A stretch of DNA of 63,497 nucleotides, counting the filler, from Lenisia limosa (Eukaryota > Protista > Breviatea): assembly GCA_001655205.1 (NCBI GenBank). It is 7 parts of 7 records of this genome, joined end to end, with 100 filler letters (N's around TTAATTAATTAA, not from the genome) between each part and the next. Parts side by side here need not be neighbours in the genome. Positions count along the whole stretch, not along the records: positions 1 to 18,970 come from LPNZ01010599.1; 6 more parts are not named here. One strand, 5' to 3'. The translations under genes were made by a program, and so were the position numbers. Within the stretch, counting starts at the first letter, position 1. Every line of letters begins with the position of its first letter. The notes below the pieces were generated by a model, which saw only the letters and a program-made list of their open reading frames with translations, searched no databases and was not told where the DNA came from. Positions 1 to 13,700 of the stretch are shown piece by piece.

Positions 1-63
1 TCTTATCGTTCGTCTTTGATATGAACTGAAACACTGGTTGATGCTGTTGCATAGTTCGTATTT

Positions 64-3000
64 TTGCACAATATTTATCCATTCTTCGGTCACCGCCCAG
101 AAGAAGGTCCCATTCCAAAGCTAGCTCAGTACCGGGTGCCTTCAGCTACATCTTCATCAAAACGCATAGTGGTTCCCCGTACTGACCCCATTGAGACTTT
201 CGCCGTAACGTCATCCAATAAATCCCCTCCTCAGTCACCATCTGATCCTCCTCCGTCACTTCTACCGCAGCCATCCCCCGGACGCAACATGCTCAGCCCC
301 CCAAGATCAAGGTAAAACTCCACTCCATCGTAATAATCTCCGATCATATCTCTGTTTTGGTACGTTGAGATAATAAGTTGATTCATCTTGATCAATGTGT
401 CTTGGCAAGATATGTTTCTAGGCAATGTTTCTCATTTCTCAGATCCGTCCCTCCTTCCCACCTCCCTGTCCGCACTCCCGCCAAACGACACAAGTCCGCC
501 TCACCCCATGTAAAACAAGGGCCATACACGTTCAAGAACGCGACGTCCCCGCTTCCGCAGTCTAGACCCAAGCTCATGCCTTCGCCGCATAAGACTCCAG
601 CGAAACTACCGAAAAGGTCAGGGAGGAGGGGGGAGGGGGAAGTGATATCTCAATCACTGTGATCCTCAGAACGTTTCCATAAATTTTGCAAAATTGTTCA
701 TTTTGAACTGAACCAAAATTAATAACAGCCTTTATTTATTATTATTGTTTGTTGAATGGTGTTTCCCATCGTCCAGTATTATTATAACAATATCTAGGGA
801 TTCGAATTACCGAAGACCAGTTGTCGAGTGTCCCATTTTCCAGATTGTGAATGTGGGGGGGGGGGGGGNNNNNNNNNNNNNNNNNNNNNNNNNNNNNNNN
901 NNNNNNNNNNNNNNNNNNNNNNNNNNNNNNNNNNNNNNNNNNNNNNNNNNNNNNNNNNNNNNNNNNNNNNNNNNNNNNNNNNNNNNNNNNNNNNNNNNNN
1001 NNNNNNNNNNNNNNNNNNNNNNNNNNNNNNNNNNNNNNNNNNNNNNNNNNNNNNNNNNNNNNNNNNNNNNNNNNNNNATTTTCTTTGTCACGGCATACTC
1101 AGGTATTCAGGCATGTTTGACCCTCCCCCCCTATAGATTGGCGACTTAACATCTGACAATCTCCGGGACGGTGAGAGGACGGGGTGTTACCCGACATCCA
1201 TCGTGACGTCAGCCGTACCGGACCAAAGCCTCCAGAACTTGCTCATGTCCAACAACCCGAAACGCAACGAGGATGCCAAGGGGGTCATCCATAGTTGGGG
1301 GGATGCCAAGGGGGTGATAAGAAATTATATGCATTAGAAATCTAGGTACGTACATTGTACGTAATAATATTTACGGAAAGTAATAAGAGCAAAATAGAGT
1401 CCTCTTGAAGAAAAGGTTCTCTATTTCCAACACCCATCTTCTCACCATCCAGACTTCATGGGAGCCTCAACCAGGGTGGGCCAGACCATGAGAGCAAGAT
1501 CACACCGAGTGTTTCAGGAAAGTGACACCACCGTAAGGGGGGTAATTGACACACAGAGTTGTTTTTGGTTTTTCTGTTTCATAATTTTCCTTACCCCCAC
1601 CCCCAGCGTCCCATCCTGCCAGCTCTCGAGCCCCTCACAGCACTGGTGTCTCGTGGAGTGTCCGCGTCAGTCGTTGTCACGGGTCCGGAGGTGGGATCTG
1701 ATCAGACGTTTCGGTTGTATTAAGATTGGGATCATGTTTTCAGAGAAATGTGCTAGTTGGTCTTTTGGAGGACTGCAGTGGATTTTTATTCTTGGTATTT
1801 ACCCGTAGCTCACAGGAACCTGTTTGGCAGTATTTGCTTTGTTACTGGGCAGATTTGTGTTTTTCGTGCAATGGTGGTAACAAATTTGGTTATGTTGAGG
1901 TTTTGACTGTTTTCTGATTTTTCAGACTTCTCATAAGTACACCCCAAAGAGTTTACTCACTACACAAGGTTGGCTTTGTTTTGAGAGGTTTATTTCTTTT
2001 GTGTCGTAATTTTGCAGCAATCAAATAGATTTCATGCAATTTGAGAAGAGTTGAGCCTGCTCCACATTTTCTGCTATTTACCGCCTAGGACCGTCCCTCT
2101 TCTTTGACCTTCTATCCTCCGCTTGCAAACACCTTTGTGTAGGCTTCTGGGGATTTATGCGGAGAGGGTGGGGCTTGTAGTGCCATACAAGTACATGTAA
2201 TGTTCATACTGTAGTTTCCTTCGTGGGGGTTGGTGGCCAGACTAATATTGTAAATGAAATAATGAGTATTATGTCAGTCCACTTCCTCACTTACGTATCC
2301 CCTTCAGAATCACACTGCACCACCGCCCGTCTTCATGTCCGCCTATCTTGTCCCTTGTCAAGCCCAAAACGAACCGTTCATCCCATCCTCACCCTTCGTG
2401 TCCCGGGCAGTTTCGGAGGAAACCCCTGCTGNNNNNNNNNNNNNNNNNNNNNNNNNNNNNNNNNNNNNNNNNNNNNNNNNNNNNNNNNNNNNNNNNNNNN
2501 NNNNNNNNNNNNNNNNNNNNNNNNNNNNNNNNNNNNNNNNNNNNNNNNNNNNNNNNNNNNNNNNNNNNNNNNNNNNNNNNNNNNNNNNNNNNNNNNNNNN
2601 NNNNNNNNNNNNNNNNNNNNNNNNNNNNNNNNNNNNNNNNNNNNNNNNNNNNNNNNNNNNNNNNNNNNNNNNNNTCAACAGTTCTGTCCCCCCGTGAACC
2701 TTCGAAGCACAGTATCACCACTGGGGCTGACCTGCAACGGTACGCTCCACTACTATACTAAACCGCCTTTGTAACTTCGTAATTCTTCCCTTATCCAAGT
2801 AACATTCTTATTCAAAGGATATACCCTTTGTTTTTAGCCATTTCAACATATTCTCAATTCCATGTCTCTCATAACCCCCAGTCTTCTTGAAGTCTGCGAG
2901 TCAACCGTGTCAGTAGCCCTGGAACACCCGTCGTTCCTTGAGCTCCCCAAAGGCCATGAGCCCCACCTGGTCCTCTCTCTCGCATCACATCCTTCTGAAT

Positions 3001-6000
3001 TTGGTATTTCAAGGGCATTTTGAATTTATATCTCGCTTAATCTAAAAAGTCTTCGGTTTTATTTCGTAGAAAGGTAACTAAAAAAAAAAAAAGTGTTCTT
3101 TTTTGTCTTGTCCTTTACTTTTCAGCTGAGCCAGATATGGTGCTAACCTTGGTTTCTCTTGGATACTCTCAGCCCCAGAAGGTTTGTGGGGTGACAGGGT
3201 ATGATACACTGAAGAACTGAATTGGAAATTCATCGGAGAAATACATCTCATTTCAGCTCGTATTTTATTCAGAATTTTTCCGCTTTTCAAACAAAATTTA
3301 AACACACGATTGAATGTATTGACTCTGAGTAAACAAATTTCAAAGTATTCTCTCTTTGAATATTTGCTTCATGTTAACGTGTATTTTGGTGGCTAGGGCG
3401 AGCTCCAAGAAGAACTTAGGGTAGACTACTGTTGCAAAATCAATCCGAGCCTAAAACGACCCTCTTTATTTGAGTACTCTTCTAGCTCCTCTCATCCCTG
3501 ATATAGCATTAGTACATTATTTTGAGGATAGTAAAAATCGGGACCTTCAGTCCCCACTGCCTTGGCATGCATCATATATCTTGACAGCTTTTGAATTCAA
3601 CAATTAAATTGAAGTCTGTTGAGAGAAGCTGTCTCAACTATTCGCTGCGTTTAGTGATAGTCATATGCATGTACATCACCTCTTAGATTCCCAACGGAAC
3701 GGCAGAGAACCTTGCGAGTATTTTGACACCCCATGGTATGAAGTTGTGCGTCTTTGAGAGTTTATTCATCTATGTCATCTTGCATGAATTCTTGATAACT
3801 CATGGATATAATATAGTCAAATCATTGACTAATATTGGGCTTTACCTGTCGCATCAAAGCTGAAATTAAGCTCTCCAATCCAGTATTATGGATGTATATA
3901 TGGAATAGGATTATTTCACACAACACTGCAGGCACCACCCCTCTGCCTCAGACATTAAGTGCTTCAATTAACTCTTCTTTGGTGTCCGTCATTTGTAGGG
4001 GGGGGGGGGCAAGGAGTTTCAGTCCAAAGGACATTAGTTAAAACAGAAGAAAGAACAGGGGCTGTGTGTGTACTACTAGGCGATTTACCGCATATAATTT
4101 CAGCTTATTACTATAGTTCTCCATGTGGTTTTATCAAAAGATGAGATTTTCTGTTCAAAAAAGTTGATCAAAAATACTGATTTCCATTTACCCCCATCCG
4201 CAGCCTGCATATCGCCCTCAGATGCCAGGCTTGATAAAACCGTTCATCATTTGACCCACATCCATGGTCTGAGTGAAATGTCGACGTTCGTGGTTTGTGG
4301 GGTCTTTTTGTGGTGGTTCATGATGCTTAGGACAATTGTTGAAGTTGTGTATTCATCCATGTGTGTATGAATGGGCGTATGTGTTCTGTTTTGCCCCCTT
4401 TGCCCTCATCTGAGATAACCCCACAGAGCACCGCGCTTCCCGAGTTGCTCTCTCCTGTGGATAACGAACTAGCGTATGGGGATATCTCGTTATATAACGT
4501 GATGATTTGGTGTACGTCCTCAGTTTCACCCCGCAGAAGCCCCGAACGCCCTGCATCTGGTGGAAAGCAAGCCTGGCTTCGAGCTAAACGTGGGGTTACT
4601 TATCCGGTGTTTCAAGCAGATCTTACCTTTACTTCAGAACACCATCTTTTTTTGCCATTATTCCACGATGTTTCCATTCCTCTATAGTGTCATATTCTTA
4701 TTCTGCCTGAGTCACATGTGCCCATTCACGCCACCAGGCACGCCGCGAGTGAGGTCTCTCACCCCAGGCGCAGATATCGACAGATTCACCACCCCGTCAC
4801 CCCAGGTGCGGAGGAATACTTCATATTATTTTTTTTATTCTTTAAGATGTTGATAGTTCTATGAACAACTTCATCTTTCAAATTTCTCACCGTTTTCAAT
4901 ACAAATGAAACTCAGAATAATAGTTTTTTTTTATAGTATGCGGTACTATAAATATCACATTTACGCTGATTGGTGTCATCACGCTATCAATTACACATTT
5001 ACGCTGTGATTGGTGCTATCACGCTATTCTTCTTTGAAATATCCTTTGTTTCACCCCTCCTCCTCCAGCCATTCGACAAGCAAAGGAGACCAGCAACATC
5101 CCCCGCCAGGACCTCGGCTAGCCCGCAGATCCACAGCGTGGGGAGGTATATAATTCTGGGGGATGCCTTTATCTATCTTTTCTCATTTTTGAACTTATGG
5201 AGTGAAATGATTTTTATGATGTCAGCATGGATGCCATCATAATCTGTTACTGGAGGGGGGGGGGGGGCTTTTNNNNNNNNNNNNNNNNNNNNNNNNNNNN
5301 NNNNNNNNNNNNNNNNNNNNNNNNNNNNNNNNNNNNNNNNNNNNNNNNNNTTTTTCTCATTAGCTCCAGACAAGGCCGCCTTCAAGAGGACCTTCATTGA
5401 CGTTCTCCAACCCCGAGAAGACTCCGATTCTCGATAACTACGTTAGAGTATGCAGGGATGCACCATTCATACAAATCAGAATCATTTTAATTGCCAAGAA
5501 AGAAGGATGTATTTATCTGAAATTGTCCTTCATATCCTCAAATTCATCACTGTTGGGAATCATGTGCCTCCTTCTTCCACTTACTCACTCCACAGACTTC
5601 AGTGCCATGTCTCGACTCACCCGAGGGCGTACCCAAAATCCGCAATATGGCCTTCCATCCTATTGTACGCAAACAACACAAGCGTTCTTCTCAGATACTT
5701 TAACGATACTTACCGCTGATTTCATATAATTCTCTTATTTAATAAAAAGCATTCCTTCTGACCCCTCTCCCCAGGCTGACGACGATGACGATCAGGTTGA
5801 GTTTGACGATTCTAAGACGCCCATCAAACCAAGGGAACGCAACCCGTCCGCATCGCCTTCTTCGCTCATTCCCGTCCGCCGAAAGCGGTTCATTAACTCG
5901 CCACCAGAGTCGCCCATGGGACCGTGGGGGGGGGGGGGTGTTCAACCATAACAAACAATTCATCCAGAACTGCGTAGATGATTGATTGTAATTTCAATAA

Positions 6001-6700
6001 GGGTTCGTGCAACTAATTTTTTGAAGCAATTTATTGACAAAATTGGAAATTAAAGCGTCCCAAATTGAGTTTGCCTTACAATGTGTTGCACTTCAAATTT
6101 TTTAATTTTTTTTCAATCTATTGCACGGAGCCCTAAATATATTATTGGAATATCACAAAGAATTCCTTCAGTGATAATTTGCCCAGTCAACCGCCCCAAA
6201 TGGTAGAACCCCCATCCCTCGACCTTCGGCAAAACGACAAGGTTTTTGGGCTCACACTCCCTCCACTCCCCCCGATACGCTGGAGGGATGGGATGCGGNN
6301 NNNNNNNNNNNNNNNNNNNNNNNNNNNNNNNNNNNNNNNNNNNNNNNNNNNNNNNNNNNNNNNNNNNNNNNNNNNNNNNNNNNNNNNNNNNNNNNNNNNN
6401 NNNNNNNNNNNNNNNNNNNNNNNNNNNNNNNNNNNNNNNNNNNNNNNNNNNNNNNNNNNNNNNNNNNNNNNNNNNNCAAACAAGTATAAAACAAAACTCT
6501 GTTGGATTTTTTAAGCTCTCGTATATGTAACACATATTAAATATTGAGTTAAAAGAGTTCATATTATGATTTATTATTTCACGCCATTGTGTTTACGTCT
6601 CTTAGAGCCCCGAACAACCCACGCCTGTGGCCCCTCAAAGAAACGATCTTTCTGATCTCATTTCCATCAACTTACCCTCCTTCAACACCTCTGCCATGGC
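64..6700 (+). CDS. Multi-exon Ser/Pro-rich coding region (begins upstream of the window); may be the 5' part of the coiled-coil gene ending at 10267
   Basis: S/P-rich open segments (e.g. 64-315 ...NKSPPQSPSDPPPSLLPQPSPGR) bounded by GT/AG sites. Several gaps prevent a full model; no family recognised. Confidence 0.45.
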
Positions 6701-6744
6701 AAATCTAACAGGCGATGTGAGGGGAGTTTTAATTTGGTTTCTTC

Positions 6745-6820
6745 ATTGATATTCCTACCGCTCACGCTTCAGGCCTTAAATCTATTGATATTCCTACCGC
6801 TCACGCTTCAGGCCTTAAAT
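6745..6820 (+). repeat. Tandem duplication with a 39-nt period
   Basis: ATTGATATTCCTACCGCTCACGCTTCAGGCCTTAAAT twice. Confidence 0.9.
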
Positions 6821-6829
6821 TCGCTCATT

Positions 6830-9800
6830 ATAGAAGCCAAGTCCGAAGCCGAAAACACAAAGTTGGTGTAATTACTGTAATGGTAACAATTCTTGATAGT
6901 AGTATTCCACATTTGGTAGAAGAGCTGCAAGTATTGGAAATGTGTCGACACCTCATACCTTAGAATACTCTTGCATTATTTACAAACCACAAAGCTCTTT
7001 AGTGGGGCGTTAACTCCACAGAAAAGCGCTGCAGCAAGGAAAACGAGCTGAAAGGAAGCTTACAGACTACCAAACTCGTTTTGAAGACTTTGAAGGGGTA
7101 TGCCGATATTGAGTATCTGTTATTCAGCATTTATCGGCAGATATAAAACTCATTTTATGTGACATGAAAGATTATTTTTTCATTTCTACAATTAACATTT
7201 CACTCATTCCTTAGCTCCTTTCCACCTTTGAAATCACAATGGCTGACCTNNNNNNNNNNNNNNNNNNNNNNNNNNNNNNNNNNNNNNNNNNNNNNNNNNN
7301 NNNNNNNNNNNNNNNNNNNNNNNNNNNNNNNNNNNNNNNNNNNNNNNNNNNNNNNNNNNNNNNNNNNNNNNNNNNNNNNNNNNNNNNNNNNNNNNNNNNN
7401 NCCGGCAGCATCCTGAATCCTTTCCTCTTTACTTGCCCTCAGAACGGCTGTCAATGACACGTGATGCATCGCGTGACGTCATCGAATGCTTGCAGAAGAG
7501 CAAAAGAAACTCCAATGTATGCGGCTTTGAGCTGTTGTTGTTGGACCGAAACAAGCGGGGTTCTCTTCACACAGTTGCAATTTCCTATCACAGAAGATGG
7601 CAATTACCGACTAAACTCCGTATATCGTTGATACATGTATATTCGTAACTCCCCGTAGATTGTGCATGAGGCCTACCTTGAAGCCTCCCACAACTGTGCT
7701 GAGATAACAGAGGCGGTTGTGAAGGCGGAAGAGGCTCGGACTGAAGTTCAGGAAACTCTACGACAAGCTAATGAGGAGGTGTGTACAGCATGGCATCGCA
7801 TCACATTGTGTTTTGGTCTTAAAAACAATTGCCGAATAATCTGCTTATTGACGGTCACCCCATGCCCTTACCCCCCAGCTCATTGATGCTGAGCGTCGGC
7901 TGTCGGATGCCGAAGCCGCCCTTCTGAGAGCAAGGAGGAGACAGGTTGGGGGTGTCTTATTCAATGTTGCAGTTCAGTCAAGTCTCAAGTGTTAAGCCAA
8001 TACAATTGATTTTTACCGGTTTTTTTTATTTTCCAATAATTGTGACGCCGCCTCAGGGACGTCCAGTATCTCGGGGAGGACGAGATGAAGAGGCCCTAAG
8101 TGACACAGATCTTGCTGAGCTGGTGGCTGACGTACATGCGGAACAAGAGATGCTGGCTGCTGCAGGTGGGTGATTTACAACNNNNNNNNNNNNNNNNNNN
8201 NNNNNNNNNNNNNNNNNNNNNNNNNNNNNNNNNNNNNNNNNNNNNNNNNNNNNNNNNNNNNNNNNNNNNNNNNNNNNNNNNNNNNNNNNNNNNNNNNNNN
8301 NNNNNNNNNNNGAACTTCTTTGCACACTCAGATTTCTGAGAATTCTGGAGCTTCTCTTCGAGGGGCCATCTTTATCACGTCACGACCAATTAACCGCAAC
8401 AATCCTGATATTTCTGTTGTAGTTTTTCACCCGTTGTAGAAGAGCGCCTTGAAGAAGCGGAGAAAATGCTTGATGATGGCGACCAGGGCGTGCATCGAAT
8501 CCGGGTCCGTTTGTCCAAGGCCGAGGAGGACCAGGACCAACTTCTTGCAAGGGTGAGGGGGGGGGGGNNNNNNNNNNNNNNNNNNNNNNNNNNNNNNNNN
8601 NNNNNNNNNNNNNNNNNNNNNNNNNNNNNNNNNNNNNNNNNNNNNNNNNNNNNNNNNNNNNNNNNNNTAAACCCCCCCGTGTTATCCAAGACGGATGAGG
8701 CTCTTTTGACCTCAGCTCTTCGCACCCTCTCCCGCAGCACTCGAAAGACCCCGTCGTGTAGAGATTCGTATGACTTGGGCTGTCCATCACTCGCATATTC
8801 TAGGGTTTAATACTTGAAACGCAAAAACACGGAAATCTTGGGTCGAAATACCACCTAGTCTCTTTAAACTTCTGTATTGCTTAAATTTGATTTGGATTCA
8901 GTGGAACTGCAGCTGACCCCTTTTCTTCTGGTGCTTCAAAGAAGCTACCCACTTCCTCCTTCTCATTGGAGTTATTCCGCTCCACATTGACCTCACCCAG
9001 CAGACATGATCTGGAGTTCCTTGAATCCGAAGACGAGGTAGAGGTACCTGAAATGCCTCGACCCAAACCACTTGAAGAGTCGATATTGTCTCCTCAAAAC
9101 ACGACTGGTGGGGGGGGGGTACTACCATAAAATATATCAGCACTCCCAACGTGGTGATGGAATCTGTTTTGGCCAGTTACTTCCTTTATTATTCATTAGT
9201 ACCAACACTCGGGCGTTATCCGTGTTTCACTCCAGCTAACATGGGTTTTAGATGTCAGTGACAGTGACCTTGACCTCCCTCCAGCAATGAACGCCTTGGT
9301 TTCCAATCTCGTTACAGAGCTTTCTACTTTGGCAAAGGATGTGTGATGGGGCTTGAATGAACACATCGAACATATGACATAAATTAACAGGTTTAAGGGC
9401 TGATACATATACATATGATCGTATATGTACCCGATTTCTGTCTGTGTCTCTTTTTTTTTTTTTTATTGGACATCCTTTTCTTATTTGTCCTAGAACGAGC
9501 ATCTCTCTGCTAAGTCCTTCAGCCTAGAGTCTCAGGTTTGCCTCGTCTCTGTTACATACAAGGAGTATTGTTCTTTTTCAATACATGAATTTTACATGTG
9601 CATCAGCAATATGTTATGTTTATTCAACATTATTTCTTTAGGTTGCGCATTTGGAGTTCAGACTGTCACAGCACCAGGACTCCCAGTTGAATGTTTGCTG
9701 TGTATTGTCTTCTTCCTTGATACGGACACTTCCCCCTTTTCTGTGTTTCTTGAATCTTCCTGACATAGCAATCGTAGACATATCCCGGCCCAACCAGTTC

Positions 9801-10267
9801 TCCCTTATACGACCCTCACCCCACAGGCTGCGGCAGCGTCGGAGGCCTCCAAGGCTCGGTTTGAGATGTCAACAACGGCACTGTCAGACCGAATCGCAAA
9901 GCTGGAAATGGACAACAAAATGTACAAAACGAGAGCTGTCGAGTTACAGAGGTTGGTACCGCTGGTGATATAATTATGAGAATAATAAATCCTGAAATAA
10001 GAGTGTACTATTTTATGACACTTGGTCCTTTTAGTGCTCTATGTTTTTTTTCCCCCTGTTTTACGGGGTAGTGAGCTCGAATTGTCGCACACACACTCCT
10101 GTCAAGTTGATGCTAAAATGAGACTCTACAGAAAACACCTCAAAACCCTGAGTGATGCATGTGAGAGGCGCGCGGGAGGAGGGGGGTGGAATGGCATTCA
10201 TGATATGATTGAGGGTTTTGAGGAGAGAGGGATACATTTTATCACAATACTAAAAGAGGACAATTAA
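6830..10267 (+). CDS. Coiled-coil protein, multi-exon, C-terminal part
   Basis: Exons such as IVHEAYLEASHNCAEITEAVVKAEEARTEVQETLRQANEE, LIDAERRLSDAEAALLRARRRQ, EERLEEAEKMLDDGDQGVHRIRVRLSKAEEDQDQLLAR, AAAASEASKARFEMSTTALSDRIAKLEMDNKMYKTRAVELQ. Last exon ends ...FITILKEDN-TAA at 10267. Confidence 0.7.
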
Positions 10268-10709
10268 CGATAACAATAACGATGTGTTGAGAAAGTTTCA
10301 TTGTATTCCTTTCCATCACGTGTTTCACGACTTAGATTCCCCATCGCCATCCCCCCATTGACATTGACTTCGAAGGTTCTATTTAGGTTGTAATTTTAAT
10401 GTGTTTTGTTGGATGTAGTCTTGTTCAGTTACCAAGTAATAGGCATAAGAGTGTCTGTCTTTATGTCTTTGCGTTTGTTAAAAAGCAATTACTTTTTGTT
10501 AAGGAAAATTGCAATGAAATGAAGAAATGAATTTGTTTGAACTAACATTTCAAAATATCACAAACATAAAACGTGAAATCATGGACTATTTCACATTTTG
10601 CAACGACAAACAACACAACATGTTTAACACCACAATCAGACGCTTGTATTTACCAAAGATATAACTTCAATCTCACTTCAATGGAGCCATGAGCCAATAT
10701 ATTACAATA

Positions 10710-13700
10710 TCCCGCTCAGCTGACATTACCGTGTCTGCTGTTCCGAATTCGGCTGTAATATACACTGGGTGCCAAGGGTGCCTCCAAAGCTCCAAAGACA
10801 TTGCTTTGTTCTTTCTTTCAAAACTATGGTTATTTTCTTTGATGTTATGAGCGAGGTGAATAGGAGAGAGCCCTAATGCCGGCAGATCTCCGAAATAATC
10901 TTAATCTCTCTTTCCCTGGCGTATATCCGTGTCATTCTTGCCACTATGGGCAAAATATGCAATGTTGAGTCGGCCTATCGGGATACCGAGATCAAGGGTT
11001 TGTTTTCCAAGGTTGCTATGTTCCTAACCTCCCTTCTAGGTACCCATTGTTGTATTCAGACCCATTTAGAGGACATAACACCTTCCCTCTTCGAGGTTCA
11101 CCGTAGCATCCTCTGTTTCCAGCGCACCTTTCTTTTCTCTATCAGCTCGCTGCTCTGGACAGTGATCGTGGTCTTGCTTTCCCCTGCAACCAGCGCGTTT
11201 GAGACTTCGTTGCTATTGACCATGATATGCGTGGTCATCTCTACCGGACTGCTCGCTGGCTATGGTACCCTTCAGGTCAGTTTGATTGAATTAATGTTAC
11301 CTGTGCAGATGTGTAATAATGATTAAAAGACACCTGCTTTCTACAACACACCTTTTATTATTGCTTAGTTTGCTATTGTGAGCGGAGCTCCAGCGTCTCA
11401 ACAAACCATGGGTAACCTATTGAGTATGTGGGCTAATATATGCCGCAATATGTGGGCCCTGTATGTTTATATGCCTCCCCTCGTATGTTTCCGAACTTCA
11501 TTTTTGCGTAAATTTCGCCCCACTTGAGTGTATCCTAATTTGCAAGCCATCTAATTTTGTTGGTGAAGTTTCCCCTTGTTTCTGTTTTGCTCATCAACCG
11601 CCTTGATCTCTCCAATATTTAATAGACTAAATAACCATCTCCCCCGCAGGTCAGACAAACAAGGGTCAAAACCTGCTCTGGTCGGCTCCACAGGAGGATG
11701 TGTCCCCAGCCTATTCCTCTATCGCTTTCAAGGTATGAAGGCTCTGATTACTGGAATTTTTAGAAACGTCGTTTACTTCGATTGAATTGTGATTTTTCCT
11801 CTTTATCTGATGCTGAGAATTGGTAGTGTGTATTTTCAAGTAAATGATTTTATTGAAATCAGATGGATAAATTAGAGATGGAGCTTGTCAGATATCTTTC
11901 TATTATCGTGTTCTATTTCTAAATTAGATTTATAAATGGTATTGTAATACCTTGTTTTATCAATTGGTTGCTGATTCCTTCCTGTGCCTTTTACTCTCTT
12001 GCTAAACACTGTAGATGCACAAGAGCCTTTTGACAATCAAACGTACAACCGTGGTGATGGCGTCGATACAGTTGTTTCTGTTGTGCATGGTAGCACATTG
12101 CCAACTGGGACACTCAAAACACTATGTCATCACACTGCCTTCCCTGATCATCCTCTTCTTCCTTTATGGTGGGCTGGGGATGAAATGGTTCTATTCCTTC
12201 CCAGTAATTATACATATGCATATACTGCACCTAAAGCTGACGTCTTTCCTCAGCACAAACATGGACTGGACAAACGCGAAACTTCCTGTTGTTTGCAATG
12301 CCGTCTTGTGTATACACGCTACTTGCCTACCAACTGCAGCATGGGGGGCACTCGTCGTTCTACCTTATTGCGTCAATGCTCTCCTTTATTCTCGTTGTAC
12401 ATGCGTGCCAAATGACCCAGGTGGGGTGTCAAACATGATGAATTAGAGGTCTTTTATTAAATATCAGTGAAATTCTGATACTGTTATCCAACCACTCGTC
12501 ACTATCCAGCTTGAGATATTCAGCAACAACGTGAGACAACGTGCTGGTCTTCGCTACCGCATCTTTCGAATGGGTTGGTGGGATTACGGATTTATCGTAT
12601 CAGGATTATGAATCAAAGACTGAGGGTCAAAAGAGATACCTATATTCTAGGGGGGGGGGCACGAAAGCTGTCTTCACTGGGATAGATATTTGTTGCATGT
12701 TTTCAACATTGGATAGCATATTATGACTCTAAAATATGATCCTAAACAGAGTCTCTGTGCAACCTGCTTGTGCCTCGAGTCGTAGCTCAACAGGCTCGTG
12801 AATGGCCTGGTGAACAGGTGGTGCAGCACCATGAGGAGGCCGGTGTAGTGTGCATTTCGGTGGGAGGAGATGCTACAGGAAGTTATTTTTTAATTGTCGA
12901 GTTCTGTGTTAAACTTTTTTCTTCTGACAGTCCCAGATCGAAATCAACAAGCTGGGTACCAAGTCGCAAGTGAGGGGAATGTGTATTAAAAATTTGTTTC
13001 CTTAAACCTTTCCTAATTGAATGTTCACACTATTTGAATAGACCTTGGCACTCATGAATTTAGTTTGAAACCGATATGAAAGCCCTTCAGAGTTTTATTC
13101 TTCTTATAAACAAGATGGTTGCTGCTTATTCTTGGTATGGGTTAGACATATAATATAGTGATATATGATAAATACATGTGCATGATCAGTTCATAGTGTT
13201 CGTTTGTCTCATGACTGGGGAGTTATGGTGAAATGAAATTGAATGTTGTTAAGCTACAGGCTCATACAAGGCAATACTCATCATCATTCCCATTTCCTCA
13301 CACTGCATCCCACAAAAGACTTATCATCTTGTTTCTCACAAACTAGTCACGTGACATCTGTTTCTGCCGAACTGGTCACCATTGTTTGCGGAGCCCCCAT
13401 TCCCATCTTCGATATCGGGCTGTCAACAGGCTACATAGCGGTTCTCTCAGTGGGGGGGGGGGGGTCANNNNNNNNNNNNNNNNNNNNNNNNNNNNNNNNN
13501 NNNNNNNNNNNNNNNNNNNNNNNNNNNNNNNNNNNNNNNNNNNNNNTCGTCTCTCATTCGATTGATCAGTTCTACTCGAAAGCCATTTGTTCTCACTTAT
13601 ACAGTTACCAATATTAATTTTTCAATATTCCGACACCCATACCTTGAAAAGAATACCCTTTTGGCGATGATTGGCACGAATTATTGAGCTGTGACGCATT

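Noticed and set aside
5038-5048. ATATCCTTT resembling a U12 (AT-AC) donor; also at ~30165
   Set aside because: Both lie inside GT-AG introns (the first within the R1b acceptor module), with no matching U12 branch point/AC acceptor or exon logic.
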